Below are positions 29,390 to 39,074 of a DNA stretch of 64,000 bases, in pieces. Numbering within the stretch: the first letter of the stretch is position 1; every line of letters starts with the position of its first letter. Origin of the DNA: Oligoflexia bacterium (GTDB lineage: Bacteria; Bdellovibrionota; Bdellovibrionia; JABDDW01); NCBI GenBank assembly GCA_043732305.1, contig JAYTHU010000102.1:32001-96000 (forward strand), given 5' to 3'. Below the pieces are notes generated by a model. That model did not search any database, was not told where the DNA came from, and saw only the letters and a program-made list of their open reading frames with translations. Made by a program: the position numbers and the translations under genes.

Positions 29390-29608
29390 ATGGAAAACAA
29401 AAAAAACACACCGATCAATCAAAATCAAAAGGCAGGCGGCCCGGATCATCAGCAGAAACAGCAGCCTGATCCTACTGGAAACACAAGATTCAATAACGAC
29501 ACTACAGACAATAAAGAAAAAACCAAAAGCGGAAACTTTTCACGAAATCCAACTGAAACAAAATCTACTAATAACTTTAAACCAGATGAATTAGACAGAG
29601 GAGTTTAG
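29390..29608 (+). CDS. Small hydrophilic, probably disordered protein (72 aa)
   Basis: AAGGAG RBS 6 nt before ATG; N/Q/K/T/D-rich with almost no hydrophobic core. Confidence 0.6.
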   Translation: MENKKNTPINQNQKAGGPDHQQKQQPDPTGNTRFNNDTTDNKEKTKSGNFSRNPTETKSTNNFKPDELDRGV

Positions 29609-30561
29609 TTTTCGAATTGCCCAAGGAAAATAACTTCTGTCTTTAATTCGACGCCAAAGTCTTCCCTCACTTTTCTCTGACAATAGTTGATGAGAAATTT
29701 AATATCGGAAGCTTTGGCGTTTATTTTATTAATAATAAAATTCGCATGCTTTTCAGAAACCTGAGCGCCCCCTTTAATATAGCCTTTTAGCCCGGCCTCC
29801 TCGATGAGTCGCCCTGCTGACCGCCCATTAGCGTTAACATCTCCTGTAGGATTTCTAAATACTGATCCACAACTTGGCCACTCAAGAGGCTGCTTTTGCG
29901 TGCGTATCTGGTTCAGTTCTTTAACTTTCGGTAAAATAGTATCACTCGGTTGGCCACTCCAAGATATTTTCACTCTGGTGATGATTCCTGGCTGCCAGCC
30001 TTCGCAATGCCTGTAGGACCATCTAAGATTTGATTTTTCTATAATCTCTAATGTGCCGTCAGGCCGAAGGATTTCTACAGCCTCAGTGATTGAGCAAAAT
30101 TCTTGAGGTATTAAATTTTCGGACACGCCGGCGTTCATTATTACGCCTCCCCCTACTTGCCCCGGAAGTCCCGCAAGAAAACACGCCGGTTGAAGCTTTC
30201 TTTTTAGAAAAAGTTTAAGCAATTCGGTTTTAGGAGCTGCAGACGAAATCCAAAAAGAAAACGCTGAACTTGTGTTGGTCGAATCATGAGGCAAAATTTC
30301 GGATAAGATTTCTGGAAGATTACTCTTCCAAATTTTTGAAAGACTTAAAACTAATCCACTGACACCGTCATCACTGATGAGAACATTGGAGCCTCCACCA
30401 AGAACCGTGATGGGCAGATTTCTTTCACGCGCCCAATTTTGAGCAACAGTCAGATCGTCTAAATTTATAGGTTCATAAAAATATTCAGCCAGTCCGCCCA
30501 CATGCCAACTGGTGTAAGCAGCAAGATTGAAGTTTTTCAGAGGAGAAATCGAGTTCATCAT
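29605..30561 (-). CDS. murB: UDP-N-acetylenolpyruvoylglucosamine reductase
   Basis: LGGGSNVL, PGQVGGGVIMNAG, QPLEWPSCGSVFRNP, SEKHANF. Confidence 0.96.
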   Translation of the reverse strand: MMNSISPLKNFNLAAYTSWHVGGLAEYFYEPINLDDLTVAQNWARERNLPITVLGGGSNVLISDDGVSGLVLSLSKIWKSNLPEILSEILPHDSTNTSSAFSFWISSAAPKTELLKLFLKRKLQPACFLAGLPGQVGGGVIMNAGVSENLIPQEFCSITEAVEILRPDGTLEIIEKSNLRWSYRHCEGWQPGIITRVKISWSGQPSDTILPKVKELNQIRTQKQPLEWPSCGSVFRNPTGDVNANGRSAGRLIEEAGLKGYIKGGAQVSEKHANFIINKINAKASDIKFLINYCQRKVREDFGVELKTEVIFLGQFEN

Positions 30562-31931
30562 TTGCCAGCTAGAAGTTCTCGACCCAATTTATAAACATCG
30601 CCAGCTCCTAAAGTCAGGAAAACGTCTTCAGGTTTTAGTTCTGCTTTTAAGATCGCCAAAGCTTTTTTGTGTGAACCCCAATATTTAACATTTTTCTTAC
30701 CTGTTTTTTTCGCCACCGCTCTGGACATTTTCTCAGATGTGAAGCTAGGAAGTTTCTTTTCTCCAGCGGCGTAAACGTCAAGTAGACCTAAAACATCAGC
30801 ACCTTTGAAACAAGACTGAAAATCTTTCCAACAAGCTTTGTTTCGTGAATAGCGATGCGGCTGAAAAGCGACAACGAGACGTCGGTCAGGAAATAATTCT
30901 CTCAGTGCGCTAAGTGTGGCGCGAACTTCCGTCGGGTGATGACCGTAGTCATCATAAATTTCAACGTGAGTGATTTCACCAATCTTCTGCATCCGGCGGT
31001 CGACACCGCTATAATGTCTGATGCCTTCAGCCGCGATTTCAAATCCAAGTCCAAGTTCCAAGCCCACACCTAAAGCGGCCAGACTATTCAAAACATTATG
31101 CCGACCTGGCACGTTCAGAGTCACTTGCCCTAAATGCCTTAGATCAAGACTCACATCGAAAGTTTGCTGACCATTTCGACTCGTCAAATTCTCAGCTCGC
31201 AACTGAGCGTCCTTACCAAATCCATATAGAAGAGTTCGCTTGGTGGAGTGCTTAGCCAACTTTCTCACTTGTAAATCTTCGGAGCATAAAATGGCGCAAC
31301 CATAAAAAGGAACGTGAGAAACGAATTGTTCAAAAGATTTTTTTAAATTATCAAAACTTGAATAATGATCCATGTGATCGTGATCGATATTCGTGACAAC
31401 CGCTAACTCAGGAGAAAGCCTCAAAAAACTCCCATCGCTCTCATCGGCTTCAGCAAGCAACCACTCTCCTTGGCCAAGGCTTGCAGAACTTTTGATCAAA
31501 TCAAGTCTTCCGCCAATCACAATTGTGGGGTCAAGCTTTGCATGAATCATCATTGTCGCAACCATGCTGGTGGTGGTCGTTTTTCCATGAGTTCCGCCGA
31601 TAGCAATTCCGCGCTTGAGACTCATCAATTCGGCCAACATTTCTGCACGTTGAATCACGGGAATTTTTCGGCGACGAGCTTCGATAATTTCGGGATTTTT
31701 TGCATTCACGGCTGAGCTATAAACGACCGCATGACAAAGTTTAGGAAGATTGCCGGCAGCATGACCCTGAAAGGTGTCCACTCCCATGTGCTTGAGTCTC
31801 TCCACTTGAGCGTTAACGCTTTGATCAGAACCCGAAACTGCGCAGCCCATGTTCACAAGAACCTCGGCTATGCCGCTCATGCCGATTCCACCAATGCCTA
31901 CAAAATGTATTTTCGACTTATTTAGTTCCAC
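30558..31931 (-). CDS. murC: UDP-N-acetylmuramate--L-alanine ligase
   Basis: GIGGIGMSGIA, GTHGKTTTT, EADESDGSF, DDYGHHPTE, FQPHRYSR. Confidence 0.97.
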   Translation of the reverse strand: MELNKSKIHFVGIGGIGMSGIAEVLVNMGCAVSGSDQSVNAQVERLKHMGVDTFQGHAAGNLPKLCHAVVYSSAVNAKNPEIIEARRRKIPVIQRAEMLAELMSLKRGIAIGGTHGKTTTTSMVATMMIHAKLDPTIVIGGRLDLIKSSASLGQGEWLLAEADESDGSFLRLSPELAVVTNIDHDHMDHYSSFDNLKKSFEQFVSHVPFYGCAILCSEDLQVRKLAKHSTKRTLLYGFGKDAQLRAENLTSRNGQQTFDVSLDLRHLGQVTLNVPGRHNVLNSLAALGVGLELGLGFEIAAEGIRHYSGVDRRMQKIGEITHVEIYDDYGHHPTEVRATLSALRELFPDRRLVVAFQPHRYSRNKACWKDFQSCFKGADVLGLLDVYAAGEKKLPSFTSEKMSRAVAKKTGKKNVKYWGSHKKALAILKAELKPEDVFLTLGAGDVYKLGRELLAGK

Positions 31932-31936
31932 AGCTT

Positions 31937-31964
31937 TTTATACCCTCTGCCGGGGATTTGTCAA
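31937..31964 (-). promoter_or_regulatory. sigma70 promoter of murC (probably leaderless)
   Basis: TTGACA-N16-TATAAA, then 5 nt to the GTG start; no SD. Confidence 0.55.
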
Positions 31965-32047
31965 AGTTCCCATTTACTTTAAGGTGCCGCTTGGCTAGCT
32001 TATTCCACATAAACAAACAGGATCAATAGGCTGAAGAGGGGAATGAA

Positions 32048-32707
32048 GTGAGAGATTTTTTGACTACGCCTGGCCGCGGTGCTGGATGGATAGAAGTCGT
32101 TGTGGGCAGCATGTTCAGCGGCAAGACCGAGGAGCTCATTCGCCGGATTAAACGCGCAGAGATTGCCAAACTTCGCGTTCAGGTTTTCAAACCTCGCATC
32201 GACAATCGATACAGCGCAGAAGAAGTTGCATCACACTCTGACCAGCGCACATCTTCTATGGTCATCGATAAAGCACAGGACATTTTAACTCATTTAAATG
32301 ACAACACTCGCGTGGTCGCCATTGACGAAGGCCAATTTTTCGATACCACTCTGGTAGACATCTGCCAGAAACTTGCGGACCGCGGTATGCGCGTGATAGT
32401 CGCCGGCTTAGATACTGATTGGCGAGGACTTCCTTTTGAGCCCATGCCTCAGCTGATGGCGGTGGCCGAAAGTGTTTTGAAATGCAATGCCATTTGCACT
32501 GTTTGCAGTGGAGTGGCATCTCGAACCCAAAGATTAGTTTCTTCCACCGATCGCGTTGTGGTTGGTGCAGCCGATGTTTATGAAGCTCGATGCCGCGGGT
32601 GCTTTGATCCGCATCTTGCTGAAGTGAAACCGACGGTTGTCATAGACAAAAAAGCATCGCCTAAGTCTACCTCGCAGATTTCTGATATCAGCCTTGAAGG
32701 GATTTGA
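32048..32707 (+). CDS. tdk: Thymidine kinase
   Basis: GSMFSGKTEELIRR, IDEGQFF, AGLDTD, Zn-binding CTVC...CRGC. Confidence 0.96.
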   Translation: MRDFLTTPGRGAGWIEVVVGSMFSGKTEELIRRIKRAEIAKLRVQVFKPRIDNRYSAEEVASHSDQRTSSMVIDKAQDILTHLNDNTRVVAIDEGQFFDTTLVDICQKLADRGMRVIVAGLDTDWRGLPFEPMPQLMAVAESVLKCNAICTVCSGVASRTQRLVSSTDRVVVGAADVYEARCRGCFDPHLAEVKPTVVIDKKASPKSTSQISDISLEGI

Positions 32708-32710
32708 TTT

Positions 32711-33493
32711 ATGATTTCCGAAATCAAACATCATTATGGTGAGAGAGTTCATGTCATCGATGACAAATGTCTCAGCACTGTATTGACTGAGCTTTGCCTG
32801 GAATCCACCAAGCAACCTCTGATCAATGAGTTTGTTTCTAGACTTTATTCCTCACTGATAGAAAAAGTTTTGGATTCTGAATTTCCCCATATGTCCGTCA
32901 ATGTCAAAACGAGAATGACCGCGATCCATCCGGACGCCCGACTTTCTTCGATGATTTTGGATCGCAATCAAAGAACTGTTTGCGTGAACCTAGCTCGCGC
33001 AGGAACTTTGCCAAGTCATATTTGCTACACTTTCTTAAATTATGTTCTTAATCCTGATTTGGTTCGACAAGATCACATCACAGCTGCTCGCAAAACGAAT
33101 GAAAACAATCAAGTCATCGGAACAAGTCTCGCGGGCTCAAAAATTGGCGGCGATATTGAAAAATCTATTGTGATATTTCCAGATCCCATGGGAGCCACGG
33201 GCGGCACAATTGTTTCTGCGCTCGATTACTACAAGAAAAATGTTGAGGGCCAAGGGCGCAAGTTCATTGCCATTCATTTGATTGTCACCCCAGAATATCT
33301 AAAACGTGTGTTGACCGCTCATCCTGATCTGACAGTTTTTTCTCTCAGAGTCGATCGCGGATTATCCAGCAGCGAGATTTTGAAAACTGAGCTTGGTAAA
33401 AACTGGGACCAAGAGCGCGGTCTCGATGACACACATTATATTGTGCCTGGTGCCGGTGGCGTTGGTGAACTTTTAAACAATTCATTTGTGTGA
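32711..33493 (+). CDS. upp: Uracil phosphoribosyltransferase (divergent)
   Basis: LARAG, FPDPMGATGGT PRPP loop, YIVPGAGGVG. Confidence 0.85.
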   Translation: MISEIKHHYGERVHVIDDKCLSTVLTELCLESTKQPLINEFVSRLYSSLIEKVLDSEFPHMSVNVKTRMTAIHPDARLSSMILDRNQRTVCVNLARAGTLPSHICYTFLNYVLNPDLVRQDHITAARKTNENNQVIGTSLAGSKIGGDIEKSIVIFPDPMGATGGTIVSALDYYKKNVEGQGRKFIAIHLIVTPEYLKRVLTAHPDLTVFSLRVDRGLSSSEILKTELGKNWDQERGLDDTHYIVPGAGGVGELLNNSFV

Positions 33494-33501
33494 GGTAGAT
33501 T

Positions 33502-33876
33502 ATGTCACTTTTAAAATCGCAAGAAGAAACAAAGAAACATATTTCAGATCTCGGACAATCGCTGACAAAAGAACTGTTAGCTTCAGCAGGGGCGAAGCAT
33601 ATTCCCCCATTGTTTGTTTGCCTCGGTGACGAGAGCTTCATTTTCTTTTCTGATCTTATTCGCAAAATAGAAATGGATATCCATTGTGAGTTTATTTTCA
33701 CCGATGGTTTTAGCGCTGCGGAAAAAGGCGAGATTAAATTTCTAGCCGACTTAAAAGATCGGGACGTGATTTACGTGACATCAGAGATGGAGAAAGCCAC
33801 CGTCATTTTGTCCGAAAAAATTAAAACCGTATCTATCATGAGCGGTGCAAAATCAGCCAGAGTGATTCACTCTTAA
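33502..33876 (+). CDS. Degenerate, truncated hypoxanthine phosphoribosyltransferase-like protein
   Basis: SFIFFSDLIRKI and LKDRDV follow Hpt, but the EDIVDTG motif is replaced and the C-terminus is missing. Confidence 0.6.
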   Translation: MSLLKSQEETKKHISDLGQSLTKELLASAGAKHIPPLFVCLGDESFIFFSDLIRKIEMDIHCEFIFTDGFSAAEKGEIKFLADLKDRDVIYVTSEMEKATVILSEKIKTVSIMSGAKSARVIHS

Positions 33877-33900
33877 ATCAAATCTAAATTTGAATTTAGT

Positions 33901-34671
33901 TTAGGAATTCTTTTCGGCGAAAATCTTTTCGATTTCTTTTTGAACAAGACCCCGAATATCTAAAGCCGATAATTCAAGAGCGGTTTTCGGAGCTGCTATT
34001 AGCGGCGCCACGAATGCCGCTTTGAAGCGTTTTTTCAGGAGTTCTTCTACTAAGGTTCGAGGCAGCGCCTTGATGGACCCCAATTGTCTGGCCACTAAAT
34101 GTGCTTTCGCCACCTGTTCAACCAATTCTAAGCGCAAATAGGTTTGATCAATGGTCTGACCCACAGTCCATGCGCCATTTCCTGGAGCCACAAATGAATC
34201 AGAGTCATTCAGCACTCTGGACAGATCTTTTTCGAATTCACTATTGACAGCTCCTAGACTTACATCGAGTGGAGAATAAAATTTCAAATTATGTATGGCG
34301 GCACCCAAGCTAACAATAGCCTCAGGAATCGCGGGAGTTCCGATTTCAACGCCACTCAATCCAAAGCCCATCGCCGTGGCGGGATGGGCGTGAACAACAC
34401 AAGTCACATCGGGTCTCACTTTATAAACCGCCAAGTGCCAAGCGAACTCTCCAAAAACTTTGTGCGGCCCATCCAGAACTTTTCCTTCACCGCTCACCAA
34501 CAACAAATCATCTTCACTGATGTCTTTTTTTGAAAAGGCTGAAGGGGTGATCAAAAATTTATCAGTGGAAATTTTAAAGGAAATATTGCCATCATGGTTT
34601 GCAACCAATCCCCGGTCCCATAGTCTTCGGGAGGCTTCCACCATTTTTACTTTGAGTTCTTCTAATTCCAT
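33901..34671 (-). CDS. Class II aldolase/adducin family protein with C-terminal extension
   Basis: DGNIS, ITPS, HLAVY, VVHAHP, AYLRLELVE-type motifs. Confidence 0.88.
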   Translation of the reverse strand: MELEELKVKMVEASRRLWDRGLVANHDGNISFKISTDKFLITPSAFSKKDISEDDLLLVSGEGKVLDGPHKVFGEFAWHLAVYKVRPDVTCVVHAHPATAMGFGLSGVEIGTPAIPEAIVSLGAAIHNLKFYSPLDVSLGAVNSEFEKDLSRVLNDSDSFVAPGNGAWTVGQTIDQTYLRLELVEQVAKAHLVARQLGSIKALPRTLVEELLKKRFKAAFVAPLIAAPKTALELSALDIRGLVQKEIEKIFAEKNS

Positions 34672-34685
34672 ACTACGCTTTTAAC

Positions 34686-36020
34686 ATGTTCTTATTTAAG
34701 GATTCACTCTTTATTTTGATGGCATTTTCATTCTCTGTAGCCGTCGCCCAAGGTGCGGACCGGCCGGTCTATTGGATCAAAGTCAAAGCGGCAAATCTGC
34801 AAACCCGAACGCAAATAGCAAAGCTTGGAGTGGCTATAGAAGATATCACCTCCGAATATGTGGTGGTCATCGGAACGGCCAAGGACCTTTCGAAACTCAA
34901 AGAAAATAACTTCGAAACTCAATCTTTCGTGCTCGCCGAACCCATAGCTCCCCCAGCTTCGAAAAACGCGGAGTCACCCGGCCTGCAATTTCATAATTAT
35001 GCAGCTATATTGAGAGAGTTTGAATTTCTGCGGAATAAATATCACGGCATCTTAAACATTTTCTCGATCGGGAAAACAGTTGAAGGTCGCGATATATTCG
35101 CTATGGAAATAACAAACCCATCGCCATCTGGCTTGACTAAGCCTGGTGTCCTTTTTATTGGCACTCATCATTCACGGGAACACATATCCACTGAAACGCC
35201 GCTCTTGTTAGCTGAATATTTTCTAAAAAAATATGCGGCTGGCGATATGAAAATAAGGCATCTGGTGCAAACGCGAGATATTTATTTCATCCCGCTGCTT
35301 AATCCTGACGGTGCTGAGTTTGATGTCCAAGGAGTCATTTATAAATTTTGGAGAAAAAATCGAGCGCGCAACGCTGGTGGAACTTTCGGCGTGGATCTCA
35401 ATCGCAATTATGATTACGCATGGGGTGGTGATGGCGCGAGTGATGCTCCTGATTCAGAAGTTTATCAGGGACCGAGTGCCTTCAGTGAACCCGAAACTCG
35501 ATCCCTGCGAGATTTTATAGAATCCCATCGAAACATTAAAGTGTTGGCGAGCTATCACACGTACGGATCACTGATTTTGTATCCTTGGAGTGCGGTGGAT
35601 GCGCCTATCAAAAATGAAAAGGATCTGGCTGTTTTTAAAACCATGGCTCATCAGATTGCGATTGATACAGGCTACACAGACGAACAATCAAGTGCCCTGT
35701 ATCCTTCCAGCGGAGATACATGTGACTGGGCTTACGCGAAATATAATCTATTTGCTTTTACTTTCGAACTTGATCCCACCTATGCATGGGCCGGGGGTTT
35801 TTATCCCGGCGCAAATAGTATAGAAAAAGTATACGAGAAGAATATCAAGCCCGCGATTTATCTGACAGAATACGCTGATGATCCTTATCGCGTTGTGACA
35901 GCCCAGGCGATGGCGTCTCGCTACGGATTAAGTTCAGAATATTTTTTCCCTCTCCCTAGCAAAATAAGTCATTTACCAGAGGTGGCTTCGGTGATTTACT
36001 TTGGTCATGGCGCGCCTTAA
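34686..36020 (+). CDS. Secreted M14 zinc carboxypeptidase (carboxypeptidase T-like)
   Basis: Signal peptide; HHSRE, NPDG, WRKN, GVDLNRN, SEPET, SYHTYG, FTFEL. Confidence 0.92.
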   Translation: MFLFKDSLFILMAFSFSVAVAQGADRPVYWIKVKAANLQTRTQIAKLGVAIEDITSEYVVVIGTAKDLSKLKENNFETQSFVLAEPIAPPASKNAESPGLQFHNYAAILREFEFLRNKYHGILNIFSIGKTVEGRDIFAMEITNPSPSGLTKPGVLFIGTHHSREHISTETPLLLAEYFLKKYAAGDMKIRHLVQTRDIYFIPLLNPDGAEFDVQGVIYKFWRKNRARNAGGTFGVDLNRNYDYAWGGDGASDAPDSEVYQGPSAFSEPETRSLRDFIESHRNIKVLASYHTYGSLILYPWSAVDAPIKNEKDLAVFKTMAHQIAIDTGYTDEQSSALYPSSGDTCDWAYAKYNLFAFTFELDPTYAWAGGFYPGANSIEKVYEKNIKPAIYLTEYADDPYRVVTAQAMASRYGLSSEYFFPLPSKISHLPEVASVIYFGHGAP

Positions 36021-36747
36021 CTTCTACATTAGAGCTATCCTCTGCCTTCTGTGGTTTCTCATCACCACCATTCTAGCTCTACTTGTCTGTCTGGTTCGAT
36101 GGCGTGATCACCGCAATGCTTACTTCATGTCACACACTTTCACCGTCGGTGCAGAAAAACTTCTGGGCTATAAAATAATCATTAAAAATAAAGAACGCTT
36201 GAGAGCAAATCAACCCTGCATCTTTATTTGTAATCATCAGAGCAATCTTGATATTTTAGTGCAGGCCAATGCATTTCCTCAAAACACAGTCTGTATTGGC
36301 AAGCGTGAAGTGATTTACATCCCTCTTTTTGGACTGTTGTTTTATCTATCTGGAAATATTTTGCTCAATCGTAAACACCATAAAAGTGCAATGGCGCGAA
36401 TGGGAGTGGCCAAACAGTTTATTTTGGAGAGAAAGCTTTCAGTATACATGTTTCCTGAGGGCACCAGAAATCATGGAGCAGCTAAACTTCTGCCATTCAA
36501 ACGTGGAGCTTTTCACTTGGCTGTGGGAACGCAAGTTCCACTTGTTCCAGTTGTATCCTCACCAATTCATGAAACTGTCGATGCGAAAAACCGCATCATT
36601 CATAAACGAGACATTGTGATTGAAGTTTTGGAGCCTATTTCAACTGTCGGAAAACATGAAGACGACGTCCCCGCACTTATGGCTGTGGCTAAAGAGAGAA
36701 TGCAAAAATCTTACGACGGTTTAAAAGCGGTAGTAGGAAAGCCCTAA
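36007..36747 (+). CDS. plsC: 1-acyl-sn-glycerol-3-phosphate acyltransferase
   Basis: NHQSNLD, FPEGTRN, PFKRGAF. Confidence 0.92.
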   Translation: MARLNFYIRAILCLLWFLITTILALLVCLVRWRDHRNAYFMSHTFTVGAEKLLGYKIIIKNKERLRANQPCIFICNHQSNLDILVQANAFPQNTVCIGKREVIYIPLFGLLFYLSGNILLNRKHHKSAMARMGVAKQFILERKLSVYMFPEGTRNHGAAKLLPFKRGAFHLAVGTQVPLVPVVSSPIHETVDAKNRIIHKRDIVIEVLEPISTVGKHEDDVPALMAVAKERMQKSYDGLKAVVGKP

Positions 36748-37401
36748 CTTAAATCCTGAACTTTCAATGAGTTTGACGGGACACTTCACATTTTTTGAAA
36801 CCATGATTCCTTCGCGAAGTTCCGTATTCCAATTTTGCAGCTTATATTTTGTAACCACCATCTGTAGATCTCGCGGAGTCGCTTTAAACGCCGCTTCTTT
36901 CATCACCCAATAATCGAGAGGCGCCAGCGTCAGATCATGGCGGCGTTCTTCAGGATCTAAAAATCTATCAATGACTTCTGGTTTAAGCACTCTCTGCGCT
37001 GATTCGATATCAATGCCTACGCCTTGGAAAGCGCCCGTCAGTTCAATCGGAAGCAAACTCGACACAGCCACCACCAACGGAAGCGGATTGTCCGTGTGGG
37101 AAATACTAGAAAGCATAACTAAGCCTTCGGCCCGGGTAAGTTTTAAAAAATTTTCCTCCATGGAAACTTCCGCACGACGAGCTTCGGCCCATTCCATTTC
37201 TCGAGACTTCGGCCATTTCTTGTAATTAGGACTAATATTCTCAACTCGGGATTTGAAAAACGAACTTTTCTCGAGGGCTTTCATTAAATCATCATCTATG
37301 CCTTTGCGAATTTCACGCACAGCAGTTTGGCAGCTAAGTATTCCTAGGAAACTTTTCCACCCATGATTTAATTCTGATTCGAGAATATCGTAAGTTTTCA
37401 T
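36721..37401 (-). CDS. 4'-phosphopantetheinyl transferase superfamily protein
   Basis: SISHT, GVGIDIE, WVMKEAAFKA motifs. Confidence 0.75.
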   Translation of the reverse strand: MKTYDILESELNHGWKSFLGILSCQTAVREIRKGIDDDLMKALEKSSFFKSRVENISPNYKKWPKSREMEWAEARRAEVSMEENFLKLTRAEGLVMLSSISHTDNPLPLVVAVSSLLPIELTGAFQGVGIDIESAQRVLKPEVIDRFLDPEERRHDLTLAPLDYWVMKEAAFKATPRDLQMVVTKYKLQNWNTELREGIMVSKNVKCPVKLIESSGFKLGLSYYRF

Positions 37402-39074
37402 TTCAAGAAATGAACTATCACAAGAGGTTTTTGATCAAAAGCTTTTTTAAACACTCGTCTTGCCGCCATTGCCACAGCTTGCTCACGGGTGATGTCCTCA
37501 GCCGTGTGTAAATTTCGATAAGGAGTCCAAGCCTCAAAAGCCTGCTGACACTGACGTTGAATGTCTTCCTGGAGTTTAAGATTCAGCTTATCGTCACCTA
37601 AGAAACTGGTGAGAGAAACTTGAACGTCGCGCTCTAGTTGAGTTCCACTTTTTGTCACGGGGCAAATGACAGTGATAACTCCAGACTTTGCGGCGGCTCG
37701 GCGTTTTTTAATTCGCTCGTCGTCAATATCGCCAATGTTCCCTTGAAAAAACCATTTTCTTCCCGTGACTACTGTTTTATCTGTCCGTGCTTCAGTGCCG
37801 TCATATTCCCAAACTTGCCCGTTCTCGATGAGAGATACATGTCTTTTTAGGTAGCCAGAATCTTCAGCAGTTTTTTTATGAAGAGCCAGCTGCCGATATT
37901 CTCCGTGAATGGGAATGAAATATTTCGGTCTAAGCATCTTTAAAAGTTCGGTCTGCTCTTCCTGGTAAGCGTGACCACTCGCATGCACAGGCTTCATGTC
38001 TTCATAATGCACAATCGCGCCGAGTTTAAAAATCTGATTGATCACAAAATTTATGGCTCGCTCATTGCCGGGAATATTTCTTGAACTTAAAATAACGGTG
38101 TCACCAGGACCAATTTTCAACCAGCGACTTTCATTTTTTGCTAATCGAAAAAGACTTGAGCGCGCCTCACCCTGACTCCCCGTGCTCAAAACCATAACTC
38201 GCTTTTTATCAAAGCGATCAATTTCTTCGAGCGGCTGAATTAAACTTCCTTTTTGAGGAAGATGATTCTGTTCGATGGCAATTTGCACGTATCGTTCCAT
38301 GCTGCGTCCGGATAGGAATATTTTACGCCCATGTTTTTCTGCAATGTCCATCAACTGGTGAACGCGATGAACGTTGCTCGCAAAAAGCGCAACAACGATT
38401 GTTCCCGTCGCCTCACCAACGAGCCGATCCAACTCATCGGTGATGGAACTTTCACTCTTAGAATGTCCGCAGCGCTCGCTGTTGGTGCTGTCACTCAAAA
38501 GCAACAATGGTTGTTCTTCACCGAGCTCTTGAAATCTTTTTTTATCCGAGGCCGCTCCTGAATAAGGAGTCTCGTCGAATTTAAAATCGCCACTGTGAAT
38601 GACCAACCCATGAGGAGTCTTAATAGAAAGAGCAAAGCTTTCTAAAGTCGAATGCGTCACGTGGATAAATTCACACTCAAAACAACCAGCATTTATTTTA
38701 TCTCCAGCCTGAACATTGTGGGTGACTAAACCTTCAGCAACACCATGCTCACTGCATTTTTCCTCAATCAAGCGGGATGCAAAACGACTCGCATAGACAA
38801 TGGGAACTTTGATTTCCCGAAGTAAAAAAGGTATCGCTCCAATGTGATCTTCATGACCATGGGAGATGACAAGCGCTTTGACTTTATCTTTATTCTGTAC
38901 CAGGTAATTGAAATCGGGAATGACCAGGTCCAAACCTAACCAGGAAAGGTCAGGGAAAAGCACTCCGCAATCGATGAGAAGAATATCCTCACCACATTCC
39001 AGCGCCATAAGATTCAGGCCAACCTCGCCAAGGCCACCAAGAGGAATAATTTTTAGTGGCGAAACTTCGGTCAT
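37398..39074 (-). CDS. rnj: Ribonuclease J
   Basis: PLGGLGEVG, SHGHEDHIG, SGDFK, DSTN, TGSQGE, HASGH, PIHGEYR. Confidence 0.95.
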   Translation of the reverse strand: MTEVSPLKIIPLGGLGEVGLNLMALECGEDILLIDCGVLFPDLSWLGLDLVIPDFNYLVQNKDKVKALVISHGHEDHIGAIPFLLREIKVPIVYASRFASRLIEEKCSEHGVAEGLVTHNVQAGDKINAGCFECEFIHVTHSTLESFALSIKTPHGLVIHSGDFKFDETPYSGAASDKKRFQELGEEQPLLLLSDSTNSERCGHSKSESSITDELDRLVGEATGTIVVALFASNVHRVHQLMDIAEKHGRKIFLSGRSMERYVQIAIEQNHLPQKGSLIQPLEEIDRFDKKRVMVLSTGSQGEARSSLFRLAKNESRWLKIGPGDTVILSSRNIPGNERAINFVINQIFKLGAIVHYEDMKPVHASGHAYQEEQTELLKMLRPKYFIPIHGEYRQLALHKKTAEDSGYLKRHVSLIENGQVWEYDGTEARTDKTVVTGRKWFFQGNIGDIDDERIKKRRAAAKSGVITVICPVTKSGTQLERDVQVSLTSFLGDDKLNLKLQEDIQRQCQQAFEAWTPYRNLHTAEDITREQAVAMAARRVFKKAFDQKPLVIVHFLK

